A stretch of 64,000 nt of DNA from Trichosphaerium sp. ATCC 40318 (Eukaryota > Protista > Tubulinea), in assembly GCA_038496445.1 (NCBI GenBank), contig JALMLS010000070.1, positions 96,574-160,573 on the forward strand. Reading direction: 5' to 3'. The position numbers were made by a program, and so were the translations under genes. Position 1 is the stretch's first letter, and every line of letters begins with the position of its first letter. The notes beneath the pieces were generated by a model. That model was not told where the DNA came from. It saw only the letters and a program-made list of their open reading frames with translations, and made no database searches. Below are positions 40,982-53,819 of the stretch, in pieces.

Positions 40982-43900
40982 TCAATTCCAATTAATTGAT
41001 GCAACATTTAGGACCTCCTTATTCTTTGTAAGCTTTACGCTATGCCTTGTAAAAACCCCGTGAGCAGTTCAGATGTCATAGTAGGTAGAAGACTTTTTAC
41101 GAACCTCGTAACATTTTGTTGAGGAGTGCCGAAGTTAGTGTAAACAGACACTGTGGCAATCTATGACATTGGGATAGTTAAAATCTGTAGGAAAAAAAAA
41201 GAACATATCATAAAGGTTTTAGCGTACAGTTCCAAGAGCAGTAACACGACGTGCATGGAATAGTTTAACGGATACTTGGTAATTACCATACTGTGCAGAG
41301 CGTATCAAGTACTCTTCTGGGCCATATCTTGAAAAAAGTTAGCCATAACTTGTAGTACGAGCACTAAGTATATTTTGGATTTTTTAGCTTTCCATACCCT
41401 GCAGCGCAGTCTTTAGATAATAAGCCTCCAGCTAATGTTCTGTTGTTGAAACTGTAGCACTTATCACCGTTAGGTTCAGTCACGTGCAATTCTACATCGG
41501 TTTTGTCGGTATGCTACAGACGTCTTTAGAAAAAAGATGTACTAAACTAGTATACCCATTGTAAGACGACTCTGATATCGACCGGTAAGTTCGTTATTAA
41601 TCTTGGGTCAACAAAATCATAGTTGACTCTTAAATGAGGCGGTGCAAGCATATTGATATCTTTGACACGATGTAAAAGTGCATTTAGATCCCTTAATACA
41701 AATACTAAGAAAAAAACGCAGAAACAGAACAGAAAAAAACTTGTACATTAGAGCAATGACCTCGATTTGTGCAAAGCGGTTGTCCCATTTCTTTTCAACT
41801 ATATCATATAAAACTCTAACAGCCTTATTAAGATCTTTTCTCTTGATTAATACTTCAGCAAGATCTCTACAACTTTGAGGCTCCTCAGGTCGAAGTTCAT
41901 GTACTTTCTCAAGAACATGACAAACAACACTATCAACATCCTTCATAAACTATTAGTTCTTGAAACAAGCAATAGTACTAGTACGTACATTTTGTTCTTG
42001 TAATTTTCTTGCTAGAATGCGTAGAAAATGTGGGTTATCCAGATCAATCTCAGCAAGATTTGATAAGATGCGAATTCCTAGGTTAACGTGACCCATTTCA
42101 AAAAATGAGCATGCTGCGTCAAAGTAGAATTCAGGACCAGATTTTTCTGTTCTTAAACGCAAGTAATCCTGGTGGAAAGTTAGCAATGTGATTGGTAGGA
42201 ATGAAGGATGTACAGAGTAGGCTTGAGTTGCTGATACTTTTCGTTGAGCATTTTTTGATGTCGTGAAAGAGATCACGGGTTGAGGAGCACCGTATGAGGT
42301 ATCATTGTCTTTAAGAGACGCAATAATCTCTTCCATATTATTAAAAGCGCTTGTGGGCATGGAAGAATATAAATCGCCTATTTTAAAGTGGTTTAAGAGA
42401 ATAGTCTGGAAGGAATTTGTTGATTTAATCTTACTTTGAAAACTATCTTGCTCCTCTTCTGATTCAACGAAGTCATCGACAACGTTTATCGTAAAGTCAT
42501 CATACTTGTCTTCAGATGCATATTTCTGACTGATGTCTTCGACAACCTCTGACTCTGGGCTGTCAGACCCTTCCGCATCACTACTTGATGCACTTGAGGA
42601 ATGATCTTCTTAAAGGAAACATGTCAATAAAAAAAACGTTGTGAACAAAATTCTGGCTATACCCTCTTTCTGTTCTTCCATTATTAACTGTTTTACTGGA
42701 ATAGTAGCACGTTGTATGGTAGTAACTTTCTTACCAGTAACAACATCAGTTCCTTGTATGAATCTCTAGTAGAACTATGAGCTGATTTGCACAGTATGCT
42801 AGCATGCCTTTCGGATTCCGTGCTTTCCTGCTTTGGCATATCTGACTGCGCCAACTTTCATAACTTTGCCCTAATACGGTCAACACAAAGAAAGAAAAAG
42901 AAATTCATACATCTACTTCTATTGTGGCGCCCAGTGTTGGCGTTGTAGTATCAAATCTAGGGCTATAGCTTGTGGACGACGATAGGTTACTTTCTGATCT
43001 CTTAGCAGATCTCCTTCTTTTGTGCTTGTCTATAAAAATCAAAATAAGCAACACTCACGTAAGATAACGTACTTTTATTACTAGCTGCGGTCTTACGTTG
43101 CCTGTCATCCCTTGATTCAATAGATTCAGTTTTCTTTGTGTTTCCAGCCTTAATGTTGAAGCTATCATTACTCCTTTTTAACTGTTCTACTTTTTTTCCG
43201 GACGAATCTATGCCTACGAAAATCCATCACGTGATTTGAATAAACACGATTTAATAGCACGAAATGAAAATAGTAGAAACATTACGTACCTACAACAGCA
43301 ACCTTCGCTGGTCCATGCTTACCAGGGCGAGATCTTCGTACTTTTTGAATAGTTATTTCTTTTCCGTTTACGACAATAACATCTCCTGCTTTAACACTCA
43401 TTGCCTTACCTATAATAAGAATAAAAAGTAAATATCATTACTAAAAAGGCATGTTGTACGTTTTTCGACTGTATTGGTATCTGACGTGGTAATTGGTTGG
43501 ACTTCTTGTGGTACGGATTTCTTTTCCGCCTTTTTCTTAAGCGGTCTTCCCTTATTCGTTTACGTGAGAATTCACGTTGTGGTTCCCTCAGATGCTGATA
43601 GAGGTATCATATAGGCTGCCAGACTTCGATCAACAACTTCGGATGAAGTACTAGGCAACGCAGAAATTGACGTTTCAATGTCATTGTATTGTTCTGCTAC
43701 TTTTCTCTGTAGCACTAGTGGTTGATAAACGCGATTCAATTTCCCTCCCTTCTTGACAACTCTCCTACTACTTGGACTTGTATCTCTTTGTTTTTTCAGA
43801 TGTTTCGTTTTAAGGGCATTGAGACCTTGTGCTAGCTCAGCAGCCTTAAAAGTTAGTTGTTTCAAGAATCAGTACTTTCATACCTCTGCAGAACTAAGAG

Positions 43901-46783
43901 CTTCTCCCAATCCACTCATTAAAGAATGTATATCGCCTTTGGTGAGCTCATCATCCCCATCTTTATCAAACATCTGTCGAAATTTGTTATTATTGGGGAA
44001 GAATATTTTTTGTACACTGAAGATTTCTGTTATGTCTGATTGATTAATACCCATGGCTACCAATAATTCAGGATCATATTCATCTTGTTTAATTTCTGCA
44101 GCCATCACTGAAGGTTGTTCTTCAGGCATACGCAAGATTTGAGGAACATTGGTAAAATCATCTTGTTTAACGAAGTGTTAAGGTTTGGCTTGTTGATAGC
44201 TTTACGTACGAACACATGAATGCTTAGTCTCTAGTTCAATATTGTAATCTAAATGGTGCTGAGCCAATGAAACATTTCCACCACTCTCACCCCACCAAGC
44301 TAATGTTTTAGTGAATAAACAAAGAACCTTTGAGTATTTTTACATACCGACTCTTCTATTCCAAAGAGATAAGACGTACTGAATGCGCTCTTCTTTTTCA
44401 TCCTTTTTATCCTTAATTTGGGCGTTCATTATTGCAAAATAAGTTGCTCTCATATCTAACAGTTAAGTAAATTAAAGCACGTGTAAGAAATTTCTTACCG
44501 GGTAACATCTTTGGAGGTGGTATTTCGTACTTGACGTATTGCATAACTGACTCAAGTACCAGCATAGATGTCTTTGGCGTAACGATTCCATACATAGTAC
44601 TTAAACTTATCATTTCTTTCGCAAGGCGCTCGTTATTATTGGCATCTTCTTGGATATCTAAAAATGTAAGCTGGAGACATTAGTAATTTGTTACAAACCT
44701 GAGATTCTCTTTTGAGCCCATAGCCTTCCAAGAAATCTGCCTCGTTTCACTCCCTTGACATCTACTTTAAACTCATGGGCAATGGATTCACTGGTATAGC
44801 CATAGCCTACGAAGGGTTAGTAGTGGTACAAACAAATAAGCTGTACAAAGCTTCAGATTGGTGCTAGCGCTCAGTTTTCCTACAACCATGACAGTCTGGT
44901 CTTGACTGACAGCCTCTTTTCGCTTGGGGTACACATCGGTAACGCAATTATCACCTCTTTCAATACGCAACAAAGAAAATTGGTTCTGGACATTGAGAAT
45001 AGACGCAGCAAGAGAAGAAAAGTTCACAGATGACTAAAGACAAACATTAGTATAAGTGCAAACTACATAATCTTGTGTTTGCCTTCAAATTGGTGTATAC
45101 GCCACCAGAAGCTTTAGATATCTTCCTCAAACCATCATGATTTACTTCTTTATCATGAGAGAATGAGAATACACGTAACTCGGTACTTCCAAGCTCAAGA
45201 GGACCTTTTGTGCTTTAAAATACGCTTATTTGCAAACGCAGTACCTATTGTTGCGAATCCGTTCGTAAACAGAAGACAAGCCTTATAGGCTGTACCACTC
45301 TTGTTCAATGCTCTCGCGTGTAGATTATAGAAAGCGCTGGCTAGATACTAAGTGAGAATCGTTACTAGGTCACGTGACTTACCTCCATCGTATACAATGT
45401 TGTTCAGGAAGTTCTCCATTTCGGAAGTGCTATGAGACACATCAAACGAAGTCATTGCATCTGGTTCATTGCGAAACGGTATTATGTCGACAACCACTTT
45501 GCCAAGTGGCGAACATATTCTTTTCAATGATTCCAAACACTTGCTATTCTGCTGGCTAAGCGAAGCATCCCAAAGAACAAGCAAGTGATTCACAACTGAA
45601 CCAATTCTACAAAAAAGCATCAGTTAACGTTGTAAACGCAGACTATCTTCACGGTACCTTGGCTTACTGGTTTTTTGTTCAGAAACAATGTCCATCAACG
45701 AAAAAAAACAGTACTTGTTTTACTGTCTTTTTCAACCAATAGTAGAGGTTCATCTGTTGTAGCACGTATGATTATACTGCAATTTGCAGATATATCTTTT
45801 TGCTCAAAATGACCTGAATGACCCTTTGTAGCTCGTTAATAAGAGAACAGACATATCTTGTATGTTCACTACAATGTACCTGATGACCTTTCGAGAAGGT
45901 TACTGGCTTGCCATTACAACTAAACTTAGTTGGTTTAATGCCACAGTCACTGGACACCTAAACGAGTCAATTAGTGGTAAAACATGCATAGTGTAAGCAC
46001 TCACATTCGCTAGAACGGAATAAGAAGGAATCCTTTCAACAAATTGAAGAGGGAAGTTGTACTCAAGTTCCTTAGTTGCTTTTTCTTGTCTTTGTTTTTC
46101 TTGGACCTTCAAAGGCGAAGAGAATACAAGTCTAACAGCTCGAGAACCCCTTTTTTGTTGTCAGGTTTTAAGCTTTCTTGGTTTTATCTTACTTTTTAGG
46201 AACTGGGTAGATACGTGTTTTGTACACGTTTCCTCGCACGTGTTCAACCATACCACAAGTATTATTGTTAGTCCTTTCTGAGGTTTCAAAAGCAGCTCTA
46301 GTTTGATCTTTAGGGACTACAACCTATGTAGTAAAGTAAGCATTTCAAGACACTAACTTTTTTATTCGAACAAACAACCACTTACGCCGTCTACCATGAC
46401 ACCGTTTACATCTAAAGCGTAACCGCAAACTGTAGAACCTAGATTAAACTCTCAGTATTCGAGTAGCCATATTGATAATCTCATTCACTTAAGAGGTGAA
46501 GAAACGAGGAAAAAGTTTGGATTCGTTTGGCGAATTTTTTGGTTTGTATCCTCACCTTCGTTTAAGGGAAATTCAATTCTGCCTCTTCCTCAGTGTCTCC
46601 ACGATTAAAAAAAGTCATCTAGATAGGTATTTAGGTTCTTCAGGTGACAAAGTTGGTAAAACGGTTGTAAAAGACCTGAACGGTTGTTTTTGCGAGAAAA
46701 CCCCATATATCTACACGAATAGAGCACTCTTTGATCTCCAGCAGTCTGCCATCCTTCGTTCGTACTGAGCAAAGTTTATCCAT
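40982..46783 (-). CDS. VIT-vWA-like-TPR-DUF2135 (YfaP-like) protein with an inserted EF-hand and two eIF5A-like domains
   Basis: VIT region (IRVDIWGFLAKTTVQ, EAELNFPL, VCGYALDVNGVMVDG, GNVYKTRIYP), LWDASLS, YGIVTPKTSMLVLE, RILSNLAEIDLDN, LRPEEPQSCRDLA and DUF2135 motifs DIRVVLQW..TDVELHVTEPNG..GYGPEEYLIR. Confidence 0.85.
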
Positions 46784-47108
46784 ATTGTAACAGCTGATGT
46801 TGGTTAAACCGTAATCTTTTGTTAAGTTAAATCAACAAGTGTCAAAACGCTGTCAAACAACTGACTTATGTACCCACGTGACCAAAACTATTTACAAATA
46901 CACACGATTCAACCAGATAGCAGCTATCACTATTCAAGCTCTTTGAAGAAGAGCTAATATTTAAAATAGCAGGTACAGAGGTCTTAGAAAACCGGTTAAG
47001 TCTAGGTACAAAGTCTATGCAAAAAAGTACCAACAAACTTTGCTAGCCAAGGTGTCTAAAAAACCTTGTATTTAAAGCCTAGCGTACACACTTGTTCATG
47101 GAAATAGT

Positions 47109-48509
47109 TTATTTTGGAGCTGGTTTACCCATTGCCTTTGCAAGAGCCGCAAACTTATTTGTATTTAATTTCTTGACAGGGCGCTTTTCAGTCTTTCCAT
47201 AATGCTCAGGAAGGTGAGATTCTTTTTCTGTACCTCCGCTACTGCCACAAACAGCGCCAAGATCCTTTAAAATACTCAGCGCTGAAGTATTACCTGAATT
47301 AACAGCCACATCAGCAGGAGTAAGACCTTTATCATTTAGAGCATTAATATTTTTTTTGACCCTCTCGTCTTTTAGTAAAACATCCACAGAAGCAGACGCA
47401 TGCATCTCAATAGCACAATGTAAAGGAGTGTCACCTCCTTGACCCTTCTTTGAAATATTCTCTTCGCCAACACGAGGGTCACTTAGCATTGCTTCTATAC
47501 ATTGTGACTTGTTCCACGAAGCAAGTTTATGAAGTGCCGTCCACTTGTACATATCGCATCCCAAGATATCAATGTCATCTTCTTTGAGCCACCCCAAGAA
47601 CTTCTCTGTACTTAATGGCGCTTCCATAATTTTGCTTAAGATTCTCTTCCTGCCTTTTACACCGGATTTCTTTGGTACCGGCTGAGGTTTACTTTCATCT
47701 TTGGCTACATAAGTTCCGGCAATAAAAGATGTAATTATTTCGCTTATTTCCGTTTCTCCGTGTTCCTTAGCAGCCTCTGATGGTGTTCTATTCCATTTAT
47801 CTTTTATCTTGTAGTCGGCACCACCTTTGAGAAGAGACAACATGACCTATTGAGCAGTTTAGAATGCGTAACGTTCCAGGGTTTTTTAAAGGGTTTAGGT
47901 CACAAACCTCTTTGTTAGCACCGTTTGCAGCCTAGAGTTATGTTAGACGTTGCTACCTTTTTTTGTGCGTCCGTACCAGAAAAAGCGGAGTTTCACCCCA
48001 TTCGTTGCATGCATCTATCTTCACGCGTGAATCCTTTAGTAGACGCTCAGCTGACAACGCAGAACCTTGTTTTGACAACATGTCATTTAAACGAGCAAAA
48101 AGAATTGGGTTGATTACTTACCGTACATCGCAGCTTGATGTAATGGCGTATTTTGCCTTTTGTTAGGCACATTAGGATCAACACGTTTGTCATTCAGCAA
48201 AGCGTCTACAACTCTTGGCTCGTTATAAGCAGCTGCCCAATGAAGCGCTGTCATTGACTCTTCATCTTTTGCGTTGACATTTGTGTTAACGTCTTTTAGG
48301 AGTTCATTTATTGTATTAAGCTCTCCTTTGAGCGCAGCGAATATAAATGCGCTGTTTGGATCATTTGGTACATTTTGCGCTATCATAACGTTATAACTCC
48401 TTAATAACACCGAGGGGAAACAATAATCATATCGCTATGTACCTAACTTTGCAGTTGCGTCTTTGAGCCTATCAAGCTTTGCCTGTAGGGTAGTTTGAGT
48501 ACTAGCCAT
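47109..48509 (-). CDS. Ankyrin-repeat protein
   Basis: TALHWAA, NTPLHQAA, WTALHKLA, DTPLHCAI, GLTPADVA. Confidence 0.88.
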
Positions 48510-49857
48510 CTCACGAGTGATGTTGTGTATTGTTTCAAGCGTCACTACGTACTTAAACAAAAAACCAGCACTTTTTACAAAAATGGCAAATTGGTTTTAT
48601 TGCATATTATTACAGACAACGCATTAAGCTGTTTAGTACGACTCGGTGTATGAACATTTCTTACAGTTCATCTGAAATACACTTGTAAGGCGTAAAAAGC
48701 AGGTAAAGATAACGTACTGTATCTGCCGTGCCAGACATGTAGTGGAACTTGCCTTTAAAGGCGCATGTCCCTTTTATTTTTCGCATAAAGGCAGAAGGCG
48801 AAATAAGTGTCACCCGGTATGTACATATGCTATCCTCACATTTATAATGCCATCTATACTGTGTACTTGATTTATGAAACGATACCTATTTTAATTAGTA
48901 CCACACGCGATTACACGGTACTACCATCGATTTGCGGCAAACTTTACACTTGTCTGGAGCTTTTTCCTTGGCTGGAAGCTGTTGGTTGTTGGGATCATCC
49001 CAACTAAGGTTTCGGCACCTCTGTTGTGGGATATTCATTACTTTGAGACCAACTCTGCAATTGAGCTATCTATTTCACATAACGCATTTAACGGACTTCC
49101 TGTGGCTTTTTAAAACAAAGTTGGTTTGTTTCAAATTCTTGAAAACTTAAGTAACGTTTTGGTTTACTAGAGTAAGTACGTCATATCATGCGCGTGGGGC
49201 GGAGTTTTGGTTCGTTCTTAGATATCTCAAGTGTAATTCACGAGCCAAAGGATAAAATGAATGAACACGTGCTAACAATGTAGTAAAAACAACTTTTGTT
49301 GCATTTAGTCTGTTTCTTGTGCATTTAGTATAACGTGATTGCCATAGCATTGACTTATATGCTATACCTGAAATTACCTAAAAGATTTGCAATTCCAACG
49401 GAGGTATTATTCTTCCGCTCATATAATGACATCCGGGTGAACTAAATGTGCCGCAAACTAAAAAACCTACCATATCTTTTTATTTTAACGTGCACAAGCG
49501 CACCCCTTCTATTTGGTGCAAAATACAAAAGCTGCGTACAATATCGCCTTTGCTCTAAGAATTACTGATGGTGAATTATCACAACAGTATTCTGGTATCT
49601 TAAAAAATACCTTTTTGCAGCCTCCGAATACTCCTATCATTGACCCCTTGCCAACACAACCTGCAAGCCTCAACTCAAAAAGTAAAAAGATCACACTTGC
49701 ACCAGTAATCGGTTTAAACTTCCGTAAAGGAGGATTAGTAACTGTAAAAAATCTCTAAATTTCTCAAGGAGTTTTGATAGGGTAAACCGATCTTAACATG
49801 TGATTTCTTCAGAATGACGTAATATAGGTAAAAAATTTTATCCGAGCAACGCCTCTA

Positions 49858-50617
49858 ATGGAACCATCCAAGAACGAGCAAAATCATAATGCTAGAAAGC
49901 GTAGGAGATGTAATTCGATGACTAGGTTGCTTGGCCACTTCAAACTAGATAAAAAGGTAAAACCCAAATTTACAAAAACTTCCAAAAACTGATGTATGCT
50001 CATACGAATTCCTAAAAACACGTGTTCAGGTTACAGACAATAATCTTCAAAAACCATTAGATGATGTACCGGTAGCTTCAGTATGGATACCAAACAATGA
50101 AAAAGAAGGTAGCTATAAGAATAGAAAACGTACAAATCAGAATATTCTTACAAGATTTTTTTTTTTAGGTAGCGAAAAACGACAGAATCGTCTTGTTGAA
50201 ATCGATGCTTTTCTTGGGATGTACAGAGATTGTAAAACTTTTGAACCTAATCTATCTCTTGCTGGTAATCCACATGGACGAATACATCATCAAAAGTCTC
50301 TTGTTACAGGCAGCAACAGAAGCACCACTGAAATCACTTTACCACTTAAAAAAAAACAAAGACGTTTTCCTTCTCATAACGAACAATACCAAAATGCTCA
50401 ACAAAATACTGTCCGGAGAGCTAAATCTCTTCCATCATACAGAATGATACAGAAAACTACCAAACTGGTGCCTAATGTACCGCCATTGAATAGAGAAGAG
50501 GCAATATCAAATGAAGTATTAGGGTTTGATGAGTCAATGGAAGTCGATACTGATGATGAAGACAAACGTATGGGATTGGAATATATTGTAAATGAGCATG
50601 TAAAAAACGAGACATAA
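49858..50617 (+). CDS. Hypothetical low-complexity protein with basic NLS-like patches
   Basis: Three exons with GT-AG introns, from MEPSKNEQNHNARKRRR to ...HVKNET*. Confidence 0.45.
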
Positions 50618-50821
50618 TTGTGATTAAGCTGTTTTATTTGCACCACGTGGTGCTTGAAGTAAAAATTAAGGATGCTGAAAATCATCTCTTTTTGTCCGGA
50701 AAAAAAAGTCGCCCTGGGTATTTAGATATATTTTCCAACCTTATGTGAGTAGTAATAATAGAGATTTACGTGAAATTTCATTCTAATTTCATCTTTTTTG
50801 TCGATAATCAGGGTCAATTCC

Positions 50822-50888
50822 AAAAGTGAGTGTGGATACATCAACTGCACAGTTGAGAGCCATGCGCTCAACCAACTGAGCTTGGCGC
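50822..50888 (-). repeat. tRNA-Lys-derived short element, copy B
   Basis: Reverse complement reads gctcagttggttgagcgcatggctctcaactgtgcagttgatgtatccacactcactttt. Confidence 0.8.
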
Positions 50889-51210
50889 AAAATAAATATT
50901 AACTAAAGTTCCCGCACCTCTAAAATGAGTTAAAGTAGTACGCCGAGATTTCGATAATCACATCTTTGCTTGTATTTATGTTAGAGTAACGACGGACTGA
51001 AAAATGGGATTAGCGATCATCTTTTTTCTTGATAATCTTGGTCAATTCCTTTGCGTACACGACATAGTTTTATCAAAATTTTGAACTCTTTTAGGCGAAA
51101 ACCATTGACATTGAAACCCAACGGTTGCTACCCAGTAACACAAAGCTAAGCTAAGAAGTGGCGTATATTTTTACCTCATTTTTGAAGAACATTAGTTTCT
51201 ATGAATAGTA

Positions 51211-53298
51211 TTACACTGTTTGTTATTTGAGAGATTCTAATATTATTGTGAGATCTGGATTTGGCTCATTAAGAAACCCTCCATGATACGTGGCCCGAAT
51301 ATCAGATGGATCTTCATTCTGGTCTACAAATAAAATCATCAACTAACCTTATTTCTAAGTTCACATTGAACGCTTGAATAATTACCTGGTGGTTTTGTGA
51401 TTTTAAAACGCCTCACAATACTGCTAATCACGATAATGAGCTCTGTCATTGCAAGGTTCTGACCAATACAGTTTCTTGGACCAGCACTGAAAGGGATCCA
51501 AGAAAAAGGGTTCGTTTCCACAGACAAGAATCTATCTGGATTAAAAGTATTTGGCTTTTTCCTACAAAATGGCTTAATACCTATCTTAGAGTGTTACACA
51601 TACCATAGTTCTGGGTCACGCATCACAAAAAAAAAATTGAGCATTACAGGTTGACCTGCTTTTAGTGTTATATCATCAAACGTTGTATCTTTTGCTAGAG
51701 CACGTGGTATCTCAGGAACAGGTGGATACATTCTTAGAGTCTCCCTTTGGATTTAATTAGATTCTGGTTGTTTTTAAAGAGAGCGTACTTGATGAATGCT
51801 TTGGTGTACTTGAACTCATGAAGTTGTTGCTTTGTTGATATTGTTTCACCGTCACCTTATTCGTTCATTTAGTTCATTGTTATTGCTGGAATTGTACGTA
51901 CTTAGCAGGTCATTCGCCTCTTGTCTTAGTTTTTCTTGAACTTCTGGATATCTTGACATGACGTACAGTGCCCAAGCAAGTGTAACAGATGTCTAGAACT
52001 GTATTTTAATAACAAACCAATTCCGCTTAATTACATACTGTATCATGCCCTGCAAAGAAGAATAACAGAGCTTCATTCGCTATTGTAGCATCTGTAAGAA
52101 TATCTGGATTGTCAGGCTGTGCCAGCAACATTAGAGTTATCAAGTCATCACAAGGGTTTCCTTCCTTAATACGCTTACGTCTGTCATCTATAGCAGCATG
52201 TAACTTATCAAGAAGTTCAGCTTTGAGTTGTTTAAACAGTCTAAACGACAATCAGTAGGCTTGTACTTGGAGTAACTTTGAAGAGAAATCAGGTTCTCGT
52301 ACTTGTATTCATAGAGCCCAGCGAAGGCAAACTTATAGAGAAAATGTGTACGAATCGCTTCAATCAGTTTACGAAAGTGATTAGCAAACCACACGTGATC
52401 AAAATCGCCACCAAATATCACAGCAATTATGATACGCATTGTTATGAAAGGTGTTTCTTTCTTTGATGGAGTATCATATTTTCCGTTTGGCTTATCTTTT
52501 ATCTTCTTTTCAAGGTCATCTAAACCCTTTTTTGATATCTCTGAAATCATAGGAATCATTGCTTTTAATGACTGAAAATGAAAGGCAGGCGTTAACAGTC
52601 TTCTACGTGTTTTCCAGATATCGCCTGTTTGCATAGATACAAGGCCATCTCCAAATATTTCACCAATCTAAACACAACATTAAAAGCCCAATTTTTCGTT
52701 GAAGAAAAAAATAAAAAACAATCTGTTGCAACAATTTCTTTGTTCATGACGTTTTCTCCGTTCGATTGCCTGTAGTACAGCTAAATGCTTAGCTCAAGCA
52801 ATACTTTTTCTTTAAAAGACCGGAATATTTGTAATTCCGCACGTGACAAAACAGATACGGAGGTAGAACGATTTTTTCAATAAAGTGAACGCACTGTTTC
52901 GTAGTTTATCATATTTTTTGGTATGTTATCTCTTATAAGCTGCTTAATAGTGTTACTATCGCTAACGCCAATAAACGAAGAACCGTGTAAAGGGTTAAGA
53001 GACAGAACTGCCAATTTGTGGATTTTACCATCTGTGGTTGTTGGCCACTCAGTAATACGCTTAACAGGCCTACACCTCTATTAATGAACTTTTGTCGTTA
53101 TTTTATCGTTTAAACTATTTCGTACGCTTTAGGACTATAGCCAAACTTCCAAGGGAACGTTTCCGCGTCTGGCTGTCTTGGTATCCCAGTATAGGTAAAC
53201 ATAACTTTTAGATAGCCCTTTAGCTTACTACCATACACGCGTAAGAACACTACAATAAAAATTGCAATGACTAGTGCAAATGCCGTTGCTACAATCAT
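51211..53298 (-). CDS. Cytochrome P450 (CYP4-clan-like)
   Basis: N-terminal TM anchor, WKTRRRLLTPAFHF, FFFAGHDT, ETLRMYPP, FNPDRF and heme motif PFSAGPRNCIG. Confidence 0.95.
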
Positions 53299-53299
53299 G

Positions 53300-53311
53300 T
53301 GTCACGTGACA
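53300..53311. promoter_or_regulatory. Perfect 12-bp E-box palindrome TGTCACGTGACA next to the P450 start codon
   Basis: The sequence is seen directly and contains GTCACGTGAC. A regulatory role is unproven because CACGTG is common throughout the window. Confidence 0.3.
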
Positions 53312-53519
53312 AGCAACCGTTAACTAAAAAGAAACTAAGTGTACATCTCACATTTTGTGAAAAGTGCACGGCTTCCAGCCGCAAGTACTTCACCAACATC
53401 AACAGTAAACAAGAGCTTAAGCACACCAACTGATCTCTCATGGGCAAATAAACAATGAACCACAAACCAATGAAAGCTCAAAAGTTGAGCCAACATTTCT
53501 TCTTGCTTGTACTTTTTTT

Positions 53520-53586
53520 GCTTCTAACTCAGTTGGTTGAGCGCATGGCTCTCCACCGCACGGTTGATGTATCCTCACTCACTTTT
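53520..53586 (+). repeat. tRNA-Lys-derived short element, copy C
   Basis: ctcagttggttgagcgcatggctctccaccgcacggttgatgtatcctcactcactttt. Confidence 0.8.
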
Positions 53587-53819
53587 GTGCGTACTTACAC
53601 CAAAAATGAGCAACAGAGAACTATTGAGCACAAAAAAGACGATTTTACAGACGGTCTTAAGTATGATTTATGGTTCCTTGACGCTGAATCCATATCAATC
53701 ATAGCTACTATCTTCCATTTGAGTACCATAACTATGTTATGTAAATTTACAATTTGGTGAATATCCAAAAGTTGTTTTGTTTTAAGACACGTGAGCTTAT
53801 AACCAAAAATAACAGCGAA

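Noticed and set aside
42690-43409. An independent eIF5A gene nested in the region
   Set aside because: No separate start or stop and no C-terminal OB domain were seen. The exons appear continuous with the surrounding VIT-DUF2135 gene.
48550-49850. Unusually long gap with short ORFs such as 49513-49758
   Set aside because: No ATG-led coherent gene model, recognisable motif or repeat could be supported.
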